DNA from: the human T2T-CHM13v2.0 reference genome, Homo sapiens
Assembly (NCBI RefSeq): GCF_009914755.1
Contig: NC_060947.1
DNA length: 64,000 nt
Strand: one strand, 5' to 3'
The position numbers were made by a program, and so were the translations under genes. Below the pieces are notes generated by a model. It made no database searches, was not told the DNA's origin, and was given only the letters and a program-made list of their open reading frames with translations. Numbering within the stretch: the stretch's first letter is position 1; the number at the start of each line of letters is the position of its first letter. Below are positions 52,814-64,000 of this stretch, one piece after another.

Positions 52814-53112
52814 GGCCGGGCATTGTGGCTCATGCCTGTAATCCCAGCACTTTGGGAGGCCAAGGCGAGCAGATAACTTGAAGCCAGGAGTTCAAGACCA
52901 GCCTGGCCAACATGGTGAAACCCCCTCTCTATGAAAAATACAAAAAATGAACTGGGCATCATGGTGGCATGCACCTGTAGTCCCAGCTACTCGGGAGGCG
53001 AGGGCTGAGAATCACTTGAACCTGGGAGGCGGAGGTTGCAGTGAGCCTAGATCATGCTACTGCACTCCAGCCTGGGCGACAGAGCGAGACCTCGTCTCAA
53101 AAAAATAAATTA
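52814..53112 (+). mobile_element. AluS
   Basis: Forward dimer; flanking aa(a/g)gttaaca repeat. Confidence 0.93.
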
Positions 53113-54559
53113 ATAAGGTTAACACTATATAAAAAGATACACTCAGAATACTCAGAGAAGACGTGCTCCCTCCACCTATCCTCCATTTTCATTAGTTTAT
53201 GATGTTTCTGGTTAGTCCTTCCATCCTTCCTGTATTTCTTCTTGCAAAACTAAATCAAATAATCTTCAGTTTTTAAAAATGTTGCATGTACCTCACTGTG
53301 TCACTGTATCGTAGTTTGTAGGACCAGTGCCTTATGAGTGAATATCTAAGTTGTTTCACATTTTTGTTATTACAAATAATGCTGCAATGAATAACGTAGG
53401 GCACACTCCTTTGGAGTTGTATCTATGAGGTAGATTCCTAGAAGTTGAATAGCTGGATCAAAAACTAAAACCACAGAATTTTTGTAGATATTACCAAATG
53501 CCTCTCCATGGGGGTTTAAACATTTTGCACACTTACCAGCAATTTAAGAGAGTGAGTATTTCTTTACACTAAGCTAACAAACTTTATCGTCAGTGTATAT
53601 GAAAAATGCTACCTCAGTATGGTTTTAACTTTAATACCTTAGGTGGGAGAGTGTTTTCTCACATATAAAAACTATTTGTTTTTCTTTTTCTGTGAATTGT
53701 TTATGTCTTTTGTCATTTTTTTTCTATTGTGTTTTCAATTTTTTAAAGGTGCAGATAGAAATCTTTTACTTGTTTTTATAGGTGGCACACGTAGTTTCTG
53801 CAATAAAATCACAGAATGTTAGAAATATTTTCAAACACTCCTTTTAAAGATGATCTTTCCATAATGTGAGTTTCTTTTGAAAATGAGATGTCCTCTTTAT
53901 TATTGTTACAATATCACTTTTCCTTTGAAGGTAGATGGGTTGTTTATTCTTTTTAAAACTACATTCTAAGTAACACATTACTGAGAGCCTTTTGTCATCA
54001 GAGTAAAGGTCATCACACTTGAAACACTTATCTTTTAGTAAAAGAAAAATGCCTAATGCATCTTTAAGCTCTAAAACTTCTTTAAGTACTTCGTCTTAAG
54101 GTAATCAAAGAACCTCCGTGTGATACAAAATAGTTTCTGTGTCACTCACCATATATGTATTGAAGATATGTCACCATGTATTGGTCTTTTTTGTGTGTGT
54201 GTGCGTAAATGACATCCTGTAAATTATAAGTAAAATCTTTTTCTTCTTACACCTCCAAGGATCATGTTATATACTCCACTTTGGCGATCACTATTAAGTA
54301 GAATAGCCAGTGCCTATTCTGTCTAAGGCAAAGAACCATAGTAATGTCCCTGACACTAGACTAGATGGTTTTGTGTCTTGTAAACCTCAAAACCTTCTCA
54401 TGTTCTACTTAGTAAGTAAGATCTTGAGAGTCACAACTTTAGATTTCACTCAGGTCTAAAATATAGTTTCCAGTTAATCTTGCCAGAGTCTCATATACTG
54501 TTTTAAGCCATCAACCTAAAGTGAATACAATTTTTTTTTAATCTACATTCCTTCCCTGT

Positions 54560-56340
54560 TTTTCCTGTTAAAGAATCCCATTTTGGTTTTTACGAATGAT
54601 CCCTCCCCCGACCTGGTGAAACTTTCAATCAAGGGATCCTCCTTTACTTGCCATCAAGTAGGCATAGGAGCCAGACTTGGCCAATCAGAGCACTTCGTCA
54701 CCATAGGAAAAGTGATCAAGTCAAGATTGGCTAAGTGACACAAATCAGACCAATGAAAGTTATTTGTAGGTATGGATTTTGATAGAAAGTAGGTCTCTAG
54801 TCTTCCCAGATAGTAAGTGCTAAACAGTAAATGAATCATGAACCGCAAGTGAACATCTTTACCATATTGTGAAGACAGCCTATCTCAAAATGAATCTAAT
54901 GGACAGCTAATCAGAGATTAAAAAGAAAGAAATTGAATCTTGATTTTGTTGCTGGAGCATCTGGGATCCAGCCACACCTGAAGGAAGACTATCCTTATAA
55001 ATTCTATTTATTTTACTTATTATTATTTTTAATTGACAAATCAAAATTGTATACATTTATCAGGTACAGTGTGATGTTTTGATATATGTATACAATATGG
55101 AATAATTAAGTCAGGTGAATGTATCCATCTCGCATACTTATCATTTTTTATGGTGAGACATTTGAAATGTATTCTTAGTTATTTTGAAATATATAATACG
55201 CTATTATTGACTATAGTTGCCCTGCTGTGCAATAAATCTCAGAACTTATTCCTCCTGTCTATCTGAAACTTTGTACCCTTTTATCAACAGGTGTAAGTGA
55301 GATCATGTGGTATTTGTCTTTCTGTGTATGGCTTATTTCACTAGCATAAAGTCTTCCAGATTCACCTATGTTGTAGCAAATGACAAGATTTTCTCTCCTT
55401 TTAAGGCTGAAGAGTATTCCATTGTGTATATATACTATTTTTAAAAGTCTATTTATCTGTTAATGGACACTTAGGTTGATTCTATATCTTGGCTATTGTG
55501 AATAATGCTGCAATAAACATGAATGTAAAGATATTCATTTAACATACTGATTTTACTCCTTTGGATATATACCCAAAAGTGGGATTACTGGATCACACGG
55601 TAGTTCTATTTTGAGTGTTTTTGAGGAAGCTATATACTGTTTTCCATAACGGCTGTACTAATTTACATTCCCATCAACGATGTACAAGAGTTCACTTTTC
55701 TCCACTTCTTTGCCAAAGGTCATCTTTCATCTCTTTGTTAAAAGCCATTCTAACAGGTGTGAGGGGATATTTCACTGTGGTTTTAATTTGCATTTTGATT
55801 ATGGATGCTGAGCATTTATCACTAATCTATTGCGATTTATGTGTATTCTTTCAGGAAATGTCTGTTCAGGTCCTCTGCCCATTTTTTAAATGTAATTATT
55901 TATTTTCTTGCTATTGAGTAGTTTGAGTTCCTTATATAATTTGGATGTTAATCCCTTATCAGATGTATAATTTGCAAATATTTCGTGTGTCAAGAATACA
56001 CAATAGGGAAACAATAGTTTCTTTAATAAATAGTGTTGGGAAAATTGGATATCCACATGCAGAAGAATAAAGTTGGAACCTAGTCTTGCACTATATACCA
56101 CAATCAACTCAAAATGGGTTAAAGACTTAAATATAAGACCTAAAACTATAAAACTACTAGGAGAAAACATTGGGAAAAAGCTCTGCACCATTGGTTGACT
56201 ATGACCCTGAAAGTAGAGACAGCAAAAGCAAAAATAGACTAATGGGATGGCTTCAAACTCATAAATTTCAGTTATATAAACCAGTAATTTCCCTTTTTAG
56301 TTTCAGTAGGATTAAACTTTTGTCGTTTGCAGACAATTAT
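54560..56340 (+). mobile_element. Old MLT1 LTR split by an L1MA insertion
   Basis: gacttggccaatcagagc; ctgggatccagccacacctgaag before the L1; ttcagttatataaaccagtaatttcccttt after it. Confidence 0.55.
55010..56259 (-). mobile_element. L1MA-type insertion with 5' inversion (55986-56259 on + strand)
   Basis: Antisense L1 3' end to 55984, then sense ORF2 segment (ctttaataaatagtgttgggaaaattggata..aaagacttaaatataagacc); degenerate TSD ataaatt..a.ttat. Confidence 0.75.
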
Positions 56341-56889
56341 CACTTGGGAGTGGCAGTCTAGCTGGAAACTGTACTTTCATATCTAGGTGGAGCTTTGGGA
56401 CCAGTTATTGCAAATGGAAAGAATACAACAGGTAGGCCTTCTCTGCTTGTTCTCTTTTACCTTTAATCAGCTGAACACAGATGACTCTGGGGATCTAGGG
56501 AATGTTAGAGCTACAAAGAGAAAGGTACTGGAGTGCCTAAATAATTGTACAGAAGGCTGACACTTGCACTGGATTATTTTATGAGCAGAAATAAATGTGT
56601 GAAGTTATTGAAATTCTGGGGTTTGTTAAAGCAGCTAGTATGACCCTAACTAATATACCATGTATTGTCCTTTATTAGCTTGTCTTATATTATTTATTTG
56701 ATTGTCCTGTCTCACTCTTAGATTGAAATTACCCTAAGGGTAAATACTAGGCCTTATTCATCTTTATATCCCCTCTGACAGAGGTACTCAATGAGCATAC
56801 TTTGAATTAAATGATATCTCAGAGTGCTAAAAATATTTAGTTCAAAATAACTCAGAAATGACTTGTGCAAGTTAATTATGATTACATTT

Positions 56890-58980
<2,091 letters not shown>

Positions 58981-59460
58981 TAGTTACATTTTTAAGAATA
59001 TAATTATAAGAATATAACAGACTGCAAGAAGACCCTTAAAGGGAACTTTCTGCTGGTTTAAGAATATCATTTGTATAAGTCTAAGCTAAAAAAGCATGCT
59101 TTTAAAATGCTGCCAGTTTTAAGGCCAAGGAAGAGATTTTCAGGATATTCTCCTTTCTCAATAATCTTATTTATGTGCAATGCTTTCTTTGGTGATCCAT
59201 GAGAGAAAATTCTAATTGCTGAGTTGAAGTTAACTAGATATGAAGATAGAATTGTTGTATAGTGTAAATAGACTATTACCATATACTTCTTATCTGATTA
59301 GAATAAAGATCTGGCAAGATGTTGTTGTATAAGATTTTGATTATTCATAGTTTCTCAGAAAACATTTCCTGCATGGGAGAAAGGAAACATTGTGGGTAGG
59401 TTGCAGGAACCCATACCCTGAAGCCTCTCTAGCTTTTAAATCACAAATAACTGTCCTGAT

Positions 59461-59613
59461 GAAGCATCTACATTACTCTCCAAGTAAATGATAGAAACAT
59501 ATTTCTATCATTTATTTTATCTCCAAATAAATGATAGAAGCATCTACATTACTCTCCAAATAAATGATAGAAGCATCTACATTACTCTCCAAATAAATGA
59601 TAGAAACGTATTT
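59461..59613. repeat. 33-bp tandem repeat (3 copies) with an embedded inverted segment
   Basis: gaagcatctacattactctccaa(g/a)taaatgata at 59461, 59537 and 59570. Confidence 0.9.
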
Positions 59614-60289
59614 GTTGGAGTTACTCTGTAGAACACCCATCATATGTGTCTGTAAATGCTATAAAAACTCATCTATAGGAGCCAATTCCCCACTTAACAC
59701 TAAGGATTACAGGATAACATAGCAGCAGGGAAGAACATAAATTTGGATTCAAACAGATGCAGGAAAAACAACAATAACAGTGAGTTTGAATCCTGGCTCT
59801 ACTACCTAGTTAGCTTTATGAGTCTCATTTCTTTATTTATGAAATTGAGATACTAATATAATAACAGTCTTACAGGACAACATGAAATAGATTTAATCTC
59901 TAAATAGAGATTTGTGGTTGATAATAGCCCACCTTTTACATATCTCCAAGTCTAAGAAAGCAATCAATAAAGGTTAGATCCTTATACTCACCAAGGGCAA
60001 AAGAATTCTCAGGATAACCCTACAGTTCACTGACAGGTCTAAATCACAGTAATCTCTTGTATATGTTGTAGATATAAATATTTTGGGGCCATTGCATATG
60101 CAGAGTTTCCCAAATTTATAGTGAACCTTGAATAATTTGGTGTCATATAGTTGCTTTAATAGAAGTAATTCACAAAACATAGTTCATGCACAGGTATTAA
60201 TCTTTTCAACATAACCTTCCTTTGAAGAACCACTCTTGCCTCAATGCATTATAATTCGGTTAAGTTTATGTGCTTTCATTTACGTTGGT

Positions 60290-60750
60290 CTTCCACAGGG
60301 ATGTGGGGTGAGGACAGCCCAGACCTGGCCAAAAAGTGTTTCTCATGACTCTGGCCAGAATGATTAGCTCAGTGATAGCCATGTGACCCAATACAGCCTC
60401 AGCAGAACTTACCCTGGAAATTTATAAGAGCTATTAAGAAATACACTATCATTTTATCTAGGATTGGGACCTACAAGAATAACATGGGTTTGAGGCTACT
60501 GGCAACTATCTTGTTGCCACATAGAGAAAGCCCTCTGGGAAACAAGGCAAGTAGAAATAAGCAGAGCTGTAGCCAAGAGTTTGAAAAAGAAACAGTTTTG
60601 ATACTATCATTTCAACTGGATTTCACTGTGCATAAAAACATGCCCCCCCAACCCCACCCCCGGCTTCTCCTTCTTCACCACCTCCCTCTTTTATTCAGCT
60701 AGTTTGTGTTTGGTTTCTGTTTCTTAGAATTGAAAATATTTTCACTGACA
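60290..60750 (+). mobile_element. Old MLT1 (K/L-like) LTR
   Basis: ctctggccagaatgattagctcagtgatagccatgtgacccaa; gctagtttgtgtttggtttctg. Confidence 0.55.
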
Positions 60751-61539
60751 CATGCATTCTTTTCAATACTGTACAAATTTAGGACTCCTTCCACGACCCC
60801 ATGCTGAATTTAGCAGGTAATAATAGAGGAAAAGTTACAAAGCAGGGATGTGGAAGAAGAGAAAAAGAAAGGACTCAAGAGAAAACAGTTCAAAAGAATA
60901 AAATAAAAAAGGCAAAATAAGTGGATACTCATGATAGTGAGGGATAGAGACAGTGGTACAAGTCAGTTCTTCTCAAGTAATATTTATGTCCCTTACTCAT
61001 AGCCTCTACCATGGAAATAGTTTAGGTTTAAATCATTATTTATAAAACTAAAGTTATTACCCATAGAACATTTAAGTGGCATTCTTAAAATCACATGTAT
61101 TTTAAGCTCAGTATATTGTGATTCTGATGACACTGAAGAGCCTCAAAGAGCAGCACTATGGTGATGTCAAACATTAAAGCACAAAGTTGGAATAATGGGT
61201 CTAGTTTTTTCCTCTTGATCAATCCATTAATAGAATTCTTATCCATCCTACTACATAAAGGCACACAAAAATCCTTTGAAAAGGTCATTATCAAAAATTT
61301 TGAGCTATTTTCTGATGTTATAGTTGAAGGGGGAAGTATGTTAGTTTAAGAAACCGAAGGCTGTGTGTCAAAGAAAAGATGAGACTGGTCACAAAAGAAG
61401 CTTTAGAAAATAAATGTCTTTGAAAGCCAACCTAAATGTCATCCTTGGCCATAAGGTGTAAGGAAGGAGGTTTCAGGGCAGGTAGGGCACACACGTAATT
61501 ATAGGTGTACATTATGAAACCCACTTCTGTAGCAGCTAA

Positions 61540-61830
61540 GTTAGGAGTCAACAAACTACTGCCTTTGGGCACCATTGACCTACTGCCTGTTTTCATAGGG
61601 CCCATGAGCTAAAAATGGTTTTTATATTTTTAAACAATTGGAAAAATCAAGAGAGTAATAATGCTTGGTTACACAGAAAATTATACAAAATCCCAATTTC
61701 AGTGCCCATAAATAAAGTTTAATTGAAACACAGCCATGGCCATTTGTTTCAGTGTTGTTATGGCTGATTTGCTCTACAAACACAGAGCTGAGTAGTTTCA
61801 ACAGAAGCCATGTGGTTGAAAGCATAAGTT
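61540..61830. mobile_element. MER58B-like DNA transposon
   Basis: gggcccatgagctaaaaatggtttt; aatttcagtgcccataaataaagttt. Confidence 0.65.
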
Positions 61831-61884
61831 TGCAAAACCCTGAGCTGGAGCCATGGGGACAGAAAGCCAAGAAGGCTAAGGAGG

Positions 61885-62100
61885 TGATAGTGTGGTTAAG
61901 AAGACAGGGTGTGGAGTCAAATTTCCCTAATTCTGTTGGTTTATCCTGAGTAAGTTACTTAATGTATTTTAGATTCAGTTATCTTTGCTGTAAAATGAGG
62001 ATGATAATGTACCTGCTCAACAAGGGTTTTGTGAGGATCCATTGAAATAATATCAACAAAGCATTTAGCATATGGTAAATGCTAAAAATGTTAACTATTA
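61885..62100. mobile_element. MIR
   Basis: tagtgtggttaaga..agtaagttacttaa..ctgtaaaatgaggatgataat..gttttgtgaggat. Confidence 0.7.
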
Positions 62101-62256
62101 GGCGGATATGGCATTGTGCATCTACCAGGAAGAATTTGGGTCCCTTCTTACCTCCCCTTTGAATTGTTATTTTATTCCTTCACTCAAACATATACAGTCC
62201 ATGAGCATGCTGTTATGAGGCACAATTAAGCCACGAAAAATACAATATTTTGGTGA

Positions 62257-62609
<353 letters not shown>

Positions 62610-64000
62610 TGCTTTTCATTTGTTGATTTGCCTATTACCTTCAGTGAATTTATCTGGCTGGTTGATCACTTTCTATACAAGAGTAAGATGTCTGTGCACT
62701 CTGACAATGAGGAAGGACACAAAGCAAAGTGCCAAATATTCAATGCCCTTCAACCACACTCAAATGTGTACATGACAGATAGAAAGATTATAGTATTTTT
62801 TAATGTTTGAGTCAGTATATTTATTGGTGGTGTTAAGAATAAGCATGTTTATTGTTAACTGTTGTTATATTGTTCTTGGTTTCCACTATGAGCTCAGGGA
62901 CTGGAGGGCCAATTTGGTGGTTGAGAGAGTTTCAGAATTTTTATAGAATGGATGATTTGTTGTGTGGAGACCCAAAGACCTGAGCTAGTCTCTGTGTCTA
63001 TATGCCCATGTTTGTCTCTTGAGATAATGCATTTTCCATTTTTATCTTCTTTACTCAGAAATCTCTTACTGCCTGTATTTTGGTGACAGAAACTGCAAGT
63101 GCATGAGCGCATTGTAAATGAGAGTATAAGAGAATGTAAATGAGTTGTCTTAAGTGTCACAACCAGCAATGATACTGGAAATAAATCTCAAGAGTTTCTA
63201 TTCCCAGGTATGATTCTCTTTCAGTTTTCAGACCAATGAAAATTTAATAGTTGAGAAAACATAATTTTATCCTTTCATTATAGAGAGAGGATGCCTCAAA
63301 GTTAGGCAGTCAGAAGGCAGTCAAAAAGTCAGAAGGAAATAGAATAAATGCATTTACCTTTCAAAGTTAACAGTTGTCTAGGAAATAAGAAGGAGAACTG
63401 GTATACTAAAGAATATAAATAACAACTCATTACTGAGTGGTTATTACTTATCAGCTCAAAGTTCCATTTTAATTCTCCTTTCTTTACCTAGTTTCTGATT
63501 GTTACGTATCTGGAATTAGAAGTGAATAACAAGATGATCATATTTTACTCACTGTGAAGTACTGCTCACCTAAGGTAATTGGGTAAAGTGATTGGATGAT
63601 TTAGAAAATAGAGACAAAGAGATAAAGTTTTCCCACCAAATGAATCAATCTTCAGGCTAGGATTAGCATGACAAGACCATTGTAGCCATGCTAGACCATC
63701 TCACCATGAGTTCTAGCAGGCAGATATGATCACTTGTGAAAGTCAAGATTGACTATGTTAAGGACCCGCTTCTTGCTAGGAAGAGCAAAAGCAACTGTTC
63801 AGGAGGGATCTTCTTTATCCAGCCTGACAGCCATGTTAGATCTCAAAGCCTGGAGAAAACATATGTGAATTGTTTTTAAAAAAATTTTAATCTAGACATC
63901 AAATAGTTAAAGCTTATTTTTTCTGCATAGCTAATATGTGAGTATTGATATGTTAGTCATGTCATGTGGTTCTTTGAAAACCAAATAATGAACAAAAGCA

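Noticed and set aside
59461-59613. 33-bp repeats with an intervening segment, superficially CRISPR-like
   Set aside because: Eukaryotic context, copies directly adjacent, the 'spacer' is derived from the repeat itself, no cas genes

Overview
Primate (most likely human) AT-rich, repeat-dense intronic or intergenic DNA. No intact cellular protein-coding gene can be supported. Main contents: (i) a decayed ERV-L provirus (RNase H, integrase and dUTPase remnants) with nested MaLR, Alu and ERV1 LTR insertions (about 2.1-6.1 kb); (ii) an L1PA4-like element with an intact 5'UTR, an internal deletion of about 3.15 kb and a 3' transduction of about 280 bp, all inside one 15-bp TSD (12775-16093); (iii) an HMGB1 processed pseudogene (about 19.8-20.9 kb); (iv) a full-length, frameshift-free L1PA2-like element with three nonsense codons and an intact antisense ORF0 (22119-28156); (v) a near full-length L1PB-like element (37.5-43.6 kb); and (vi) many Alu, L2, MIR, MLT/MST and MER/Tigger/MADE1 relics. 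Fine-scale oddities include a chimeric templated insertion in an LTR, a fold-back/tandem microrearrangement, a twin-primed inverted L1, and a few orphan splice signals that may belong to a host gene or lncRNA. Subfamily names come from remembered consensus sequences, not a database search. I see no convincing evidence of a new biological system. The best leads are locus-specific retrotransposition and repair events.
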